In this document: piece by piece, positions 20,678 to 41,249 of the stretch | How the letters are laid out: each line of letters opens with the position of its first letter | Numbering within the stretch: the first letter of the stretch is position 1 | Assembly (NCBI RefSeq): GCF_009914755.1 | Contig: NC_060943.1 | Direction: 5' to 3' (one strand) | From: the human T2T-CHM13v2.0 reference genome, Homo sapiens | Length of the DNA: 64,000 nt | Notes under the pieces: generated by a model | Databases searched by the model: none | What the model was told of the DNA's origin: nothing | What the model saw: only the letters and a program-made list of their open reading frames with translations | Translations under genes and position numbers: made by a program

Positions 20678-21792
20678 GTAGGGTGGTGTGACTGTCACCT
20701 ACCATCCTTGGCTCTTAGATGCAAGAGCAGTGGGAGAGCCCTGCTGCCCCGCCCCACTGGGGGTGCCACATGCCTGGCATAGAAACCAGGTGCCCATTGG
20801 GCCCTGTCCCCTCCAGCTTCTGCCCGAGGCAGGCTGGTTATCCTGCTCCCACCTCTCACCTGCTTCCACCTCGCCCAGATATTTGTGGGCTGGATCCTTC
20901 TCATGAGTCTCATTTGATCACTTCCTTGAAGAGACTTTCCCTGACCCTGGCCTGGGAAACAGGGCCCCTGCCTCCCTGCCCTACTCTACCCTACCTCGAG
21001 CTTACAGAGGCAGAAGCAGCCTGTGGAAACAGGTGGCATGTTCAGACCAGGTGCAGATGAGTGTGGTTATGAGGGGCTGTTTGCAATGGTGTGGGTGGGG
21101 TTAGGAGACCACCCCTAGCACAACTAGCTCCGGCAGAGACCCTGACTGCAGGGAGCAGGAGTCCTGGGCAGGGGCCACATGATGGGTGCTGGGCCCTGGG
21201 GCAGAGGCAGGGGGCTGGGAATGAACACCCCACACTCCCCTCCTCCTGCCCCCATCTCAAGTTCACTTCCCCATTGAACAAACCCAGGGTACAGCCTGAG
21301 AGGTCAGAGGTCAGCCTCCTAGGCACAGAGTGGGGTATAGAACACTAGACAGGGGCCAGTGGGACAAGCAAAAGCGTCCAGCACTGTAGGGGCTCCCTGT
21401 GGGGGTGCCAGCAGGGGCAAGAATGCAGCCAGAGCCAGGAGGGATGGGAGCCCCAAGGGAGAAGGCTGTGGGGTCCCTCCCTCCCCCACCAAGCCCACCA
21501 GGCAGCATGTGGCACCTCACTGCACAGACGTGGCCTGTGATGACAGCCTTGTGTGACAACGGCCTCACTACCACTCTGCTCCCTTTGGCCCACGGACCAG
21601 TGGCAGAAACACCCAATACCCTCTACACCCCCGTGATGATGTGGCATGGGCGGGAATAGGGAGGTGGGAGGCTTCTGGAGTGGGGTGGTCCCAGCAGAAG
21701 GGTCCTGAGGTGTGATTCCAGCAGGCCCACGGGGATGACAGCTGTCACTTTCTTTCTGACCCCTGTGTGCTTGCTTCCCCCACCCCCAACAG

Positions 21793-21875
21793 GGGTTGAT
21801 CTGAGCAACATTGTAAAGACGGCACCTAAAGTCTCTGCAGACGGATCCCAGGAGCCCACACATGACATCCTGCAG
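21793..21875 (+). CDS. ARMC6: ARMC6 exon 4 ([28 protein letters not shown])
   Basis: AG/GT boundaries; 83 nt, phase 1 to 0, consistent with neighbouring exons. Confidence 0.92.
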
Positions 21876-22794
21876 GTAGGAGTGGGCATCCCACACAGCA
21901 GGTCCTGCGTCACCTCTGTCTGGGGGCACCTCTTCCCTGTTTCCTGGATGGCAGAATACAGGCTCTGAAGGTCATGCCCTCCCCAGCATGCATGGGCAAG
22001 CTTGAGTTTGCAGCCAGGTCTCCCTGAGTCCATGTCCGAGGGCGGCATGCCTTCCAATGCAGGGGATCCCAGGCTCCTGTGGTGGCATGTATGCTGAAAT
22101 CAGGTAGATGGCTTGGTTGTCCCTGCTGCTGGGATCCCAGAGTCAGGGACACCATAGAGGTGCCCCTCTGGCTTCCCAGAGACAGATGGTCAGGACTCAT
22201 AGGACGAGAGAGTGGGCTCACAGTAAGGCTGTCACTTACTGAGCACTGACTGTTTACCAGCACTTTCCAGCCAGTCCGTTAGCACTGAAGCTCACCAGTG
22301 AAGTAGGTGGTGTCATTCCTGTCTTAGTGATGGGGAAACAGGCCAGGAGCTGGCACTTAACCTCTCCAGAGACCGAAAGAAGGAAGGTAAAAGAACTTCA
22401 ATGCTTTCCGTAAGGTCGCCCATCAAACTTTGTAATACAGCAGAAGGCTCCGGTGTTTGAGAACCGACTGTGGGCCTGGTTCTGTGCAGGTACTTTTTTC
22501 CTGTCTTCTTGGTCACTGTCCAAACAACACCTGCAAGGCTGGGATTTCCCCATTGTAGAGATGGGGACATTGAGATCCAAAGAGAAGAGAAGTCATTGAC
22601 ATGGGAGCAGGAGGTGCAGTGATAGGAGAGGAAGTTGGAAGAGACGGCTCTGGGTGTAAACCCGGCTTGCCTAAGGCATGACACTTACTTCTCCCTACCT
22701 CGGGGTCCTGCCCTCTCCTGCCTTGAGGAGGTCTTGTGAAAATTGCCTCGTTGTTGTTAGTTTGCTTTTTGCCTTTCTTGCCTAATAAGGATGA

Positions 22795-24945
<2,151 letters not shown>

Positions 24946-25487
24946 TTTTATTTTTCATTAAGGAAGAGTGGAAATACATTCTTAGCATAAAGGATTCAAG
25001 CAATACTCAAGCATTTATAGTAAAATCTGAAAGTCCCTGCCTTGTCCCTCCCACCAGACACTGGGGTTTGCATCTCAGCGGTCAGTTCGCAACTGAACCA
25101 ACCCCCTTCTCAAATGCCCTGCAGCATAATTGACCTTTGTGCATCTTGGCTTAGATGTGTAAAAAATGCTTATCTGTTGAGGGAGAAAAAAATTCAACAT
25201 TGTGATGGTCGTTGAAATTAATCTGTTTGTGTCATAAGATTTGTTGCAAACAGGCTTGTAGAAACAGAAGGAAAATAATGTCTGGAGACTGTCCAGGGAA
25301 AAACTGAGCCAGCCAGGCCACATTTATATGTGGGAAGTTGTAGAATGAAAGGCATTAGTCACAGAGACTGAATGACTCCAGGAGTCAATGGGTAAAGCCC
25401 CCCTCCATGAGCAAGGTGGTGAGCGCCACAGAAAATTGTCATAGGTAGAACACAGCTGGCTCTGCCACCTGCATTTTAGCAACCATC

Positions 25488-27195
<1,708 letters not shown>

Positions 27196-27339
27196 CATCC
27201 TTGCTAACTTAGTAATTCCTTGTGAAATCTTGGTAGTTCTAACTCCAATACTGTGCATCCTCAAAGGCATTTCTGTCAGGAGCTTTTCAAGTTTCTTACA
27301 GGGTTTCTGCTGAAGTGCTACACCGCTGTTTGTTATGTA

Positions 27340-28440
<1,101 letters not shown>

Positions 28441-28974
28441 GTCATGCACACTGGTGTTAACTTAATTTTTGTTGTTTTTTGTTTTTCAGTTCTAATCTCA
28501 TTTTAGCAAAAACTTACCTTTTTAAATATCCTGTTGCATTGTAACATATACTTAGGTCCACAAATCTGAGCTCAGTGAGGATTATCCCATAGGCTTCTTT
28601 GTTTTTCGTGTCAGTCAATGCCAAATCAAAGCCCTTTGGGCTGGTGGTTTCTGTAGAACCACCCTGATTCAGTCTGAGGGCAAATAATCTCCTACACTTC
28701 AGGCTCACAGATTCATCTTTGGCTCATGCTAAGACATGTCCCGAGGTCATGTAGTTGAATGGCAGCTAAACTTATCTGAGTTGTTTAAAGTATTTTCTCC
28801 CCAGTGGCTTAGAGTTGAATTTGGATAAATCTGCTCTCTGTACAGTGTAACCACATTTGGCAGGTGCTCAATAAATGTTTGTGGAGTGAATGAGAGAGAT
28901 GAAAGGAGACATCAGGATGGGTATGTCTGGTGAATGTGGCTTTCTCCTTCCTTGGAGAGCTGACCATTGACAGG

Positions 28975-29178
28975 TGTGCCAGTTTGTTACAGCTGTGTGA
29001 CAAACAACCCAAACAACAGGCATCTTATTGTTTCTTGTGATTCTGCCTGGTTGGGCTCAACTGGATGGTTCTTCTGCTGGTATCGCTTGGGGCCTCTTGA
29101 TGGCAGGTAGGGCTGGAATGTTTAATATGTCTGCATTTATGTGTGCAGCCCTTCGGCAGGGACACTGAGTTGTCTGGA

Positions 29179-29238
<60 letters not shown>

Positions 29239-29360
29239 AGTCTTCCACGCTATGGCCTCTGAAGCTCAAAGCTCCTAGAATCACAGGTCTGGAAGTTGCC
29301 AGAGCTGTAACTTGCCCCACATCACTTCCACTGCAGGCCCAGATCCCAGGGGAGGGAACC
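28975..29360. mobile_element. Degenerate MLT1 (MaLR) LTR containing a (TC)n(TG)n microsatellite at 29179-29236
   Basis: MLT1-like text (gggctcaactggatggttcttctgctgg); the microsatellite is directly visible. Confidence 0.55.
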
Positions 29361-29442
29361 TTGCAGGGGTCCAGACACTGTTGCTGTGGCCATGGGTTCC
29401 TCTTGCCTGAGCTGATGCTGAGGTTTCTCCCATGTCTCCCAG

Positions 29443-30016
29443 ATGCTCAGTGACCTCCAGGAGTCTGTGGCCAGCTCTCGCCCCCAGGAGGTGTCAGCAT
29501 ACCTCACCCGCTTCTGCGACCAGTGCAAACAGGACAAGGCCTGCCGCTTCCTCGCGGCCCAGAAGGGGGCCTACCCCATCATCTTCACTGCCTGGAAGCT
29601 GGCCACTGCAGGTGACCAGGGCCTTCTGCTCCAGTCCCTCAATGCCCTGTCGGTGCTGACTGATGGACAGCCAGACCTCCTGGATGCCCAGGGCCTGCAG
29701 CTCCTAGTGGCCACGCTGACCCAGAATGCTGATGAGGCTGACCTGACCTGCTCTGGGATCCGCTGTGTGCGTCACGCTTGCCTGAAACATGAACAGAATC
29801 GGCAAGACCTGGTGAAAGCTGGCGTGCTGCCTCTGCTGACTGGTGCCATCACCCATCATGGCCACCACACTGACGTGGTCAGGGAAGCCTGCTGGGCCCT
29901 GCGTGTCATGACCTTCGATGACGACATCCGTGTGCCCTTTGGCCATGCCCACAACCATGCCAAGATGATTGTGCAGGAGAACAAAGGCTTGAAGGTGCTC
30001 ATCGAAGCCACCAAAG
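29443..30016 (+). CDS. ARMC6: ARMC6 exon 5 (MLSDLQESV...VLIEATK), armadillo repeats
   Basis: 574 nt, cag acceptor and GTAAGA donor; ARM-like helical repeats ([14 protein letters not shown]). Confidence 0.95.
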
Positions 30017-30799
30017 GTAAGAGCTGGGGGCCGACACGAGCCAGCGAACAAAGTGGGCGGGTCAGATGTGACCAGAGTGAGGGTCAGGGCTCAGGACTGC
30101 TTTAGGCACGGCAGGCTCAAGGCTCCACTCGCCCCTCGGCTTAGACCTGCCTGCATGGCAGCCCTCGTGAAGAGTCTCCCCATGTTTTCTAGTGGCTCCA
30201 GGAGAATTCCAGGCCAGCACTCAGGGGCCAGGAGCAGGCCACAATCCCATCTCTGGAGCTGTCTGGGGAAGGGGCTTGCTGTGTCCAACTCCAGGGGCTG
30301 AGAGTGGGGAAGGGGGACCTCCCCAGAGGGAAATAAGAGGACTCGGGGGGGCTGGCTGGCATGCACCATGGCAGTCTCAGCTGGATGTGTACACGCTTGA
30401 TCATATTCAGCCACAAATCCTTAGGCATATTTATGTGTCTGGCTCCAGGGTGACCATGGTGAGCCAGCCCTGGGAGGTCACAGTGCTGACCGTCAGACCC
30501 TAAAGCTTCTGTCTTAACCCCTACCCCCATCCCATCCACTGAACCCACCAGAAAAGTCCTGATTGACACACAGAAGGTGTTAGGAGGATGAGTTCCCCTT
30601 TCTTGCCTGCCCCGTCACTCTGGTTCTGTGGCCAGGCCTGTGTGGGGGTTCTGGCTCTGTCTGCTGAGGAGATGGGCCCACCTCAGTCTCCCTTCCACAC
30701 CTCCAGCAAGGCTGAAAATGAGTCCCGACCTTCTGCAAAGTCAGGCTGCTTTTCCAGGAGGTAGCTCACATCTTTCCTGTTTTATTTATAGGAGCTCCA

Positions 30800-31400
30800 A
30801 TCAGTTAGGTTTCTGCCAGAGACAGGATATGTATATATGAAGAGACTTTTTGGTAAGGAATGGGATCATGCAATTATGGCAAGTCTGTACTCCATAGGGC
30901 AGGCTGGAAACCCCCAGGCAGTCCCCTTTTCGGGGAAACACCTCAGTTTCCTTCTAAGGACTTCAGCTGATGGAATGAGTCCCATTCACATTGTTCAAGG
31001 TCATCTCCTCTACTTAAAGGCAACTGGGCTGGGCATGGTGGCTCATGCCTGTAATGTCAGCACTTTGGGAGGCTGAGGTAGAAGGATTGTTTGGGCCCAG
31101 GAGTTCAAGACCAGCCTGGGCAACATGATGAAACCCTGTTTCTACTAAAAATACAAAAATTGCTGGGCGTGGTGGTGGGCACCTGTAATCCCAGTTACTT
31201 GAGAGGCTGAGGCACAAGGATCTCTTGAGCCTAGGAAGCAGAAATTGTGGTGAGCCAAGATCACGCCACTGCACTCCAGCCTTGGTGACAAAGCGAGACT
31301 CTGTCTCAAAAAAATTAATAATAATAATAATAATAATAGATAGCTGATTGTGGATGGTAACCATGTGGACAGAATACCTCCACGGCAACACCTAGATTGG
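30800..31400. mobile_element. MLT2-like LTR interrupted by an Alu (31026-31340) with an (AAT)n tail
   Basis: ttaggtttctgccagagacag...taaggaatgggatcatgcaattatgg resembles MLT2. Confidence 0.6.
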
Positions 31401-31971
31401 CATTGGGTGGAACTGCAGAGGGCTACAGGTGGTCACAGGAACTGACCGTCGCAGCCCTGTGTAGGTGCAGGATCTTCGCCCTCTTGGCGTGAGTGCCGGC
31501 ACCTGCTTCCTGGTGCAGCGCCTCTGGGCTCCATCTGCGGCTCCTGTGTTCAGTTTTGGCCACGTCAGCCCAGTCCGTATGTGTCCCTCTATGGTTCTGG
31601 AGTTTCCTGTTGCACTTAGAGAAGCCATTCCTACCCCATGATCATAAAAATAGTCTTCAGATGTCTTTTTTTTTTTTGCACTATTATAGTTTTCTTTTTT
31701 TAGGTGAGACCATGAGTTGGTATGGAATTTATTTGGGGCATGATGGAAGGAAGCGGGTTGGGGGGCACATTCTTAAGTCTTCCCAGCAGCCAGCAGGGGG
31801 CACTGCAGGCCCAGGTAGCCCCTGGTGTTCCCTGGGGCCTTCCTGGTGCCCGTGGCCACTCCAATAGGCAGAAGGGCTGGACTCTTCCAGTGGAGCAGGA
31901 TCTCCACCAAAACAGAGGGCCCTGCGGCTGGTTCTTCCCGCCCCCACCACCGTCTCCCTTTCTCCCTGCAG

Positions 31972-32141
31972 CGTTCCTGGATAACCCTGGCATCCTGAGC
32001 GAGCTCTGTGGAACCCTGTCCCGCCTGGCCATTCGCAACGAGTTCTGCCAGGAGGTCGTCGACCTCGGGGGCCTGAGCATTCTGGTGTCCCTGCTAGCCG
32101 ACTGCAATGACCACCAGATGAGGGACCAGAGCGGCGTTCAG
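31972..32141 (+). CDS. ARMC6: ARMC6 exon 6 ([38 protein letters not shown]...)
   Basis: 170 nt, canonical sites, phase 1 to 0. Confidence 0.93.
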
Positions 32142-33084
32142 GTATGAAGTCCCCCTGGCCCATTGCGTGCTGTCCTTCTGGGTCCCAGTCAACCGGACGA
32201 GCTATAGTCAGAACAAGCCAGCCCTGCCTGCCAGTGTCGGAACCAAAGTGCAGTTTTTCTTTTCACGGACCCAAGGGCAGGAACCAAAGGTCGGGGGGGA
32301 AACAAACCCACCTGCTCTCCCTTATTGTCCTTTTGCACCAGGAAAAGGATGGTAGGAAGCATAGGGTTGGGGTGTGTCGGCCAAGGCTGGGATACTTGGG
32401 TTAGTTCCCGCACCTCTGCCTCAGTTTCCCTAGCTACAGAATAGAGCAGTGTCCCTACTCATTACTCCGTTTAGCAGCCGATTATTGAGCCCTTCTCCAT
32501 GTGCCCATCCACAGCAGGGAGCGAATCAACAGGTGCCTCCCTATCCAGCTGCAGCTGCAGGAAAGCCCCCAGGGGTGCCACGGTCCTGCGCCCCCAAGCC
32601 CAGCTGTTGACGTCAGCCAGCCTCTTTCTGTGCAAGTGGCCAGGAGCTGAATGGGAACCAACTTCAGCAAATGAAGGGATACATTTTGCCCTGTACTCCT
32701 GGGCAGTTGGGGGCAGGGTCCTCAGGTTCTCCATCGGGGGATCAGCAGTCCCAGTAGCACCTCATCCACTGTCCTCAGTGCAGGGCAGTTAGCGCCTACC
32801 CTGGGTCTGTGGCCGTGGACAGGGGGACCCTGTGCTCTGAAGGCCGGCCTGAGTCACATGCCCCCGCTGCCCCTGTCGGGGTAGGGGATCAAGTCACCTG
32901 GATGGTACCGTTTGGACACAGGCAGCCTGAGCCACAGGCATCTGCCACCCCTTCTCGTTAGTCACACCCTGCAGTCACACCATACCTGTTGGTCAAACAG
33001 CAAAACAGCCCCACATTCTCCCTCAGAGCCCTCTCCCACAACCAGCGGCCTGGCTGGAGGTGAGCGGGCCTTTCCCTTGTGCAG

Positions 33085-33216
33085 GAGCTCGTGAAGCAAG
33101 TGCTGAGCACCCTGCGAGCCATCGCAGGCAACGACGACGTGAAAGATGCTATTGTCCGTGCTGGTGGGACGGAGTCCATCGTGGCTGCTATGACCCAGCA
33201 TCTGACCAGCCCCCAG
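33085..33216 (+). CDS. ARMC6: ARMC6 exon 7 ([28 protein letters not shown]...)
   Basis: 132 nt, canonical sites, ARM repeat sequence. Confidence 0.93.
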
Positions 33217-33610
33217 GTACCCACCTCGGGGGGCACACACAGTAGCAGGGTGGTGGCTGGAGTCCCAGTTCAGTTTCTGTATCTGCATGAAGCTCTATTC
33301 CCCTGCAGGGCCAGGGCAGGGCTGGTGAGGGTCGTGGGCATTGGCTCTCAAATGCTGACCTGCGTATGCATGACTTTGGGTGTCCTGGAGTTACCACCAG
33401 CACCCTGCAAAGATCTGACCAGGCCTATTGCCCTTGTCACCCCTAAGAGCTGAGCTGATATTTTTGTCACCCTGCCATTATTACACAGGAGTTGCCAGAG
33501 ACCCACGGAGGGGAGGCCGCAGGGTGTTCACCAGGGGTTGGTGGCCATGGCAGGATGTTGTGGGGGGTCTATCTGCTGCATCTCAGCCTTTCTGTGACTG
33601 GCCCCTGCAG

Positions 33611-33748
33611 GTGTGTGAGCAGAGCTGCGCGGCCCTGTGCTTCCTGGCCCTGCGTAAGCCCGACAACAGCCGCATCATCGTGGAGGGTGGCGGGGCTGTG
33701 GCAGCACTGCAGGCCATGAAGGCACACCCGCAGAAGGCCGGCGTGCAG
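33611..33748 (+). CDS. ARMC6: ARMC6 exon 8 ([19 protein letters not shown]...AGVQ)
   Basis: 138 nt, canonical sites. Confidence 0.93.
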
Positions 33749-34069
33749 GTGGGCAGGGCAGGGGATGGGGGCAGGCAGGCTGGTGTGGGATGTGCAGGTA
33801 GGTGCAGAGAGGGCATGGGAGCAGGTGCGGTGTGCGGGTGGGTGATGGGGCAAAGGCTCAGTCCCTATCCCTATCCCTGTCCCTGTCCCTCCCACAGCCG
33901 AGCCCCATAGGGCCAACTTCTTTCTCATCTTGCAAAATGTGCTGAATTCTGCCTTCATTTGCCTCCTTCTCTGCCTTTGTTTTTTCTGCATTTACTCTCC
34001 TTTTTTGGGGAGGGGGTAGTTTGGAGGGGCTTTCTGGTGAAACCCTGGAAAGAAAGCTATAACACGTAA

Positions 34070-34391
<322 letters not shown>

Positions 34392-35235
34392 TAAAAGTCC
34401 CTATAGAGAGATCTGGGGAGAAAGAAGTTGGGGAAGCGTGGATGGGGATCTGCCTGGGGTTTCAGAAAGGTTCCTGCCCCCTCCTTGGGCTGCTGGTCTG
34501 AGTTCTGAGTGTGGGACACCCTGTCCACACCTCCCTGGCTGAACCCAGACTCCTCCGTGCAGCCCCCGGGGCCCTCCTCGCCTCCTCACTCCCAGCATAG
34601 GATTCTTGGACACACCAGGCTGGGACCCACAGGGGGCCTTTGCTCTCGCTGGCTCTTACTCTGGGACACTGACCCTTACCTGGTCTGACCCCTTGTCCAC
34701 TTCTGGCCACCCTGGCCAGCAGTTCCCCACTCTGCATGCGCTTCCCACCTGCTGTCCTGCTGGTGGTGGGAGCCACCCTGGGAAGCTTCCAGGCAGTGCC
34801 CCGCGCCCACCCACAGCAGGTGCACAGGGCACAAATGTCCACTGAATGGGTAGGGATGTAATTGACAGGTGCCTGTGCACAACCACTGTCTTCCCGTGGC
34901 CTCACTGCCCCCTTGCCCTAGGGCCCCTTCCTTGGCTCTGTGCCAGCCTCGGGGGACCTCAGGCTCACCAACTCTGAGGCTGAGAGTTCCAAAGCCATAG
35001 GATAGATCTTGGAGCTTCCCTGAGCCTGTTTCCTTGCCTGGGAGTTAGCCATGCCTTGTGGGGCTGCCAAGAGGGTAAAGTAGAGAGATGGGTCTAGCTT
35101 GATACAGTATAGGCAGCTGCTGGATGTCAGCTGTGGTTATGATCACCTCCATCTTGTTATGATGAAGACCCTGAGGTCAGAGTGGACCCCACCTCAAAGC
35201 CCCATCTGGCAGCTCACAGCTGCTCTCTCCTACAG

Positions 35236-35448
35236 AAACAGGCTTGCATGCTGATCCGAAACCTGGTGGCCCACGGCCAGGCCTTCTCGAAGCCCATCCT
35301 GGACCTGGGGGCTGAGGCACTCATCATGCAGGCCCGATCTGCCCACCGTGACTGTGAGGACGTGGCCAAGGCCGCCCTGCGGGACCTGGGTTGTCATGTC
35401 GAGCTCCGAGAGCTGTGGACAGGCCAGAGGGGCAACCTGGCGCCATGA
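35236..35448 (+). CDS. ARMC6: ARMC6 last coding exon ([11 protein letters not shown]...GQRGNLAP*)
   Basis: Acceptor ctctcctacag, stop TGA ending at 35448. The spliced CDS from 20557 sums to 1431 nt (476 aa); adding 75 nt gives 501 aa. Confidence 0.93.
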   Translation, partial: KQACMLIRNLVAHGQAFSKPILDLGAEALIMQARSAHRDCEDVAKAALRDLGCHVELRELWTGQRGNLAP

Positions 35449-35970
35449 CCCCAGGCCCAGTCTGGGCCGTGACTCTGGGTGAGTCGTGTGACTCAGGAAT
35501 GGGGGTAGATCCATGTCCTCCACTGTCCCCCATTAGTTCTGTCCCCTTCACAATGAGAAGTGTTTTCTGGCAGGCCCTAGGTAAAGGGTCGGGGGAGGGG
35601 GGAGCCTTGTAGGGAGGCCTCTACACAGAAGAAAGCAGCCCCCATGTCCCAGCCACTTCTGGGTCCCAGCCAGCAGCACGGATGTTACTGTCCTGCTCCT
35701 TCCCCCAGCCCCACGCCCTACCAGAGGGGGCAAAGGGCACATCCCATCACTCACTGCCCTGTCTGAAATGTGGCAGCCACTGTGGGCCAGGCTCAGGGCA
35801 GGGCAGGCGATTCCAGTGGGGTTGGGCCCCCTGGCGCCTGCTGCTTACTGCAGTTTCATGCAGGCCTCTGCTCCTTGTCTTTCTTACCTGTAAAATGGGT
35901 CTCAGATGCTCCGCCCTGCTTGGCCCCAGCTTGTCTGTCTCTGGGTCCTGGGCCAGCCAGGATACCTGAT

Positions 35971-35976
35971 AATAAA
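35971..35976 (+). terminator. ARMC6 polyadenylation signal AATAAA (further candidate at 38041)
   Basis: First AATAAA seen downstream of the stop, about 520 nt away. Confidence 0.7.
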
Positions 35977-36459
35977 AGATCATTGGGTGAACAGCGGAGG
36001 GGTCTCTTCCATAGCTTGGCTGAGCATGGGGGGCCACAGTCAGTGGCCTCAGAGTGTGGGGGAGAGACAGACATTTTGGTGGGGGGGGCCATGGAGTCAC
36101 TGAGGATAGCAAAGGGGTTTTGGGAACAGCCAGGGATCTAGGATCTGCTGTCACCCTCAGACAGGCAGGCGCTGAGGCCATGGTCAGGATCACTGTTTCT
36201 GACGTGTACCACCTGCAGGGCCGGAGGGCTCCACGTTCATCCCCTACTCAGCTCTGCGGCCTTGAGCAAGTGAAAGAACCTCTCCGAGCCTCAATATGCT
36301 CCTCCTAAAGTGAGGAGTGGGGCAGTGATAGATCGCCCTCTGAGAGGTGTTGGACCAGGCTGAGCACATGGAGGGTGTCCAGTTGTCTTAGGCTGGGTGT
36401 CCTAGGTACCCAACCTCTTGTCTCTGAGCCTCGATTTCCCCATCTATAAGATAGACATC

Positions 36460-38720
<2,261 letters not shown>

Positions 38721-41249
38721 TGGCCTTCTCTTAAGTAGCTTTTGCTGTCCTCCTTGATGACATCGAGACCTGGGCTGAGGTGGAGCCTGCTGCAAGGATG
38801 GTGCGAGTGTGTTCAGGCCACGCCTCTGCTACTGTAGGCTCTTGGTGAAGTGGCCTGACTTATCTGAGCCTTGGGAGGTGAATGAGGCCACTCTGACCCC
38901 AGCCAGGCTTGGTTGTTGTCACTGCTGTGTTCAGGATGTCTCCCTCCAGCCAGGGATGGGCTTGGGCTCCTGGGAAAGGAACACAGATTTTTTCTGTTGT
39001 GAACATACATCTCCCAGAGGCTGGACTAAACCTCATTTTCCAGATAGGAAATAGACTCATGGGCATTTGAGGGGCTGCGGTGGGATGAGACCACAGCTTG
39101 GCCTGCCTCCAGGCCCCTCATCTTTTTCCAAAGCTGTTAACCTGACCTTGGGCAAAAGGCCTTTGGGCCTCAGGTGATTAGGCCTGGACGCTGTGCCAGG
39201 GCCTGGCTCACAGATGATTCCTGGGATCCCCAAGAGGTAGAGGAGACTGGAGGGCGAAGAGGCAGTGTCCTGTCCAGGGCTGGCCAGCCAAAGCAGAAGA
39301 GCCGAGATCCTGGGCACCCTAGCTGGGCTTACATGAGTGCCCATGGTGGGGGTGTCCATTGCTATTGCCAAGGTGCTTTGCCTGCCATTGCTGGAAGGCG
39401 GTAGGGAGGTTGGCTGGCGCCAGCCTGCTAAAGAACGAGCAGAAGCTAGAGAGGCAGCCCCAGGCTGGGCCAGAGCCTGACCTTTGCCTTAGTTGGCTCT
39501 GTCCCTGGAGGCACTGTGGGACCTTCCAGGAGCTTTGTTACCTCCCCCTCCCAGGGCCTGGCAGGTGGGCACTGGGAGTGGGCGCTCCTCGGCGTAGATA
39601 TCTCCCTCTTGGTGTGGCAAGCCACGCCCATAGTTGGTCTGTGTCCATGAAGCGCTATTTACAGAGAGGGAAACAGGCCCAGAGAAGAACAATATATCAT
39701 CACCAGCCTTCCATGAGTGCTTACTGTGGACGAAGCCATTGTAAGTGTTTTGCTTCCATTTCATCAATGCTCACATCAGCCCTAGGAGACAGCCGGGAAA
39801 CTGAAGTGGGGAGCTTGTGTTATTTGCTGAAGGTCCTGTGGCTGTTACTGGCCATTACTTACGTTAAAAAGAGCAGGGATTCAAACTCAGCCCTGGGTCC
39901 TTCCACCAAGGAATATTCTCCACCATAGGCTCAGTTTTCTTATCTGCTAAGTGGGCACTGTCACGTCCACCTGGAAGTGAGGTGGGGAGATGGTATTGGA
40001 GAAAGCCCAGTGGGGACCTGGCACCCAATTGATGTTCAACTGACCTCAGCTTCCCCCTCTTCTCTGGAGGGCAGAATGGAGGCCAGATCCTGGAAGTTGC
40101 CAGGAAGCAAACCACAGGTGGGAGGTATGGGAGAGGAGGTCCAGGTAGGCATATCGTGAGAATATCAGGAGTTTGATGATGGCCTTGGGCTAGTGATTTC
40201 CCGTCACATCCTCCCCATTTGAAACTTGTGGATCACACACTTAGCAGGGGCTTGTGCAGCCCTGAAATGTGAGCCCTTTCTAAGGTTGGTTTCAGCCTTG
40301 CTCCCTCCCAGGATTCCCTGGTTCTGAACTTGATCTCCACCAACCCTGGCCAGCACCTAGAGGAAATAAGAGCTGGTATCTGGAAACATTTGTAGCCCTC
40401 TCCATCCTGAAGATGAAGGGTGAGTCAGAGAACAGAGTGGCTTCGGGGGAGGTGCCGATGACACAGCCATGCCTGGGATGGCAGGTGTCTCCCTAAACTG
40501 CCGGCATTTTTCTGCACTTCACAGAGGAGCTGAGGCTCACAGGCCGCACATGACCTGCTCAGGGTCAAATGCTTTCACCAGATAATTAAAATGAGAGCTG
40601 AGTTGTAAATTTTCCCAGGGAAGCAACCCCAGAGAGGAAAGATCAAGGCATAGGAATCATTTTCCCCCCTCTTTTCCAAATGAAACAGCTGAGGCTCACA
40701 AGGGCTTTTGCCCAAGGTTGTGTGGTGGGCCAGTGATTGGACAAGGATTCAAACCCAGGTCTCTGAGGCCCCCAGTGGCTCTTCTCTGACACACTCTTTC
40801 CAAAAAGCAGGCTGCTCTAGATTCATTCTCTGGTTTAGCAACCAGAGAATGCTGTGTAACCTTGGGCAAGGAGCTTGACCTCTCTGTGCTCTGGTTTCTG
40901 TAAAAGGAGCCAGTGGTCTCTCTGACCTCATGGGATTGTGGTTAAGATTCAGTTAATTCAAAAAAAGACTTGGCAGGGAGAAGGCCCAACAGGGATGTCA
41001 CTGGATACCGTGGCGGGGAAAGCTGGGACGCAGAGAGGTCAGACACTCAGAAAACCACGCAGCGCGTTTCAGTAGGATTCCGCCCCTTATTTCCATGTCT
41101 TCACACCACCTCGAGATGGAGAGGGCAGTTCAGAGTGACCTCCAGCGAATCTGCCCTCTCCGTGTCGTCTGCAGGGGATTAGTGGGGAGTAAGGGGATAG
41201 AGAATTATCCAGGAGTCCTTCAGCCTTGATGGTCCAAGTTCACATCTGC

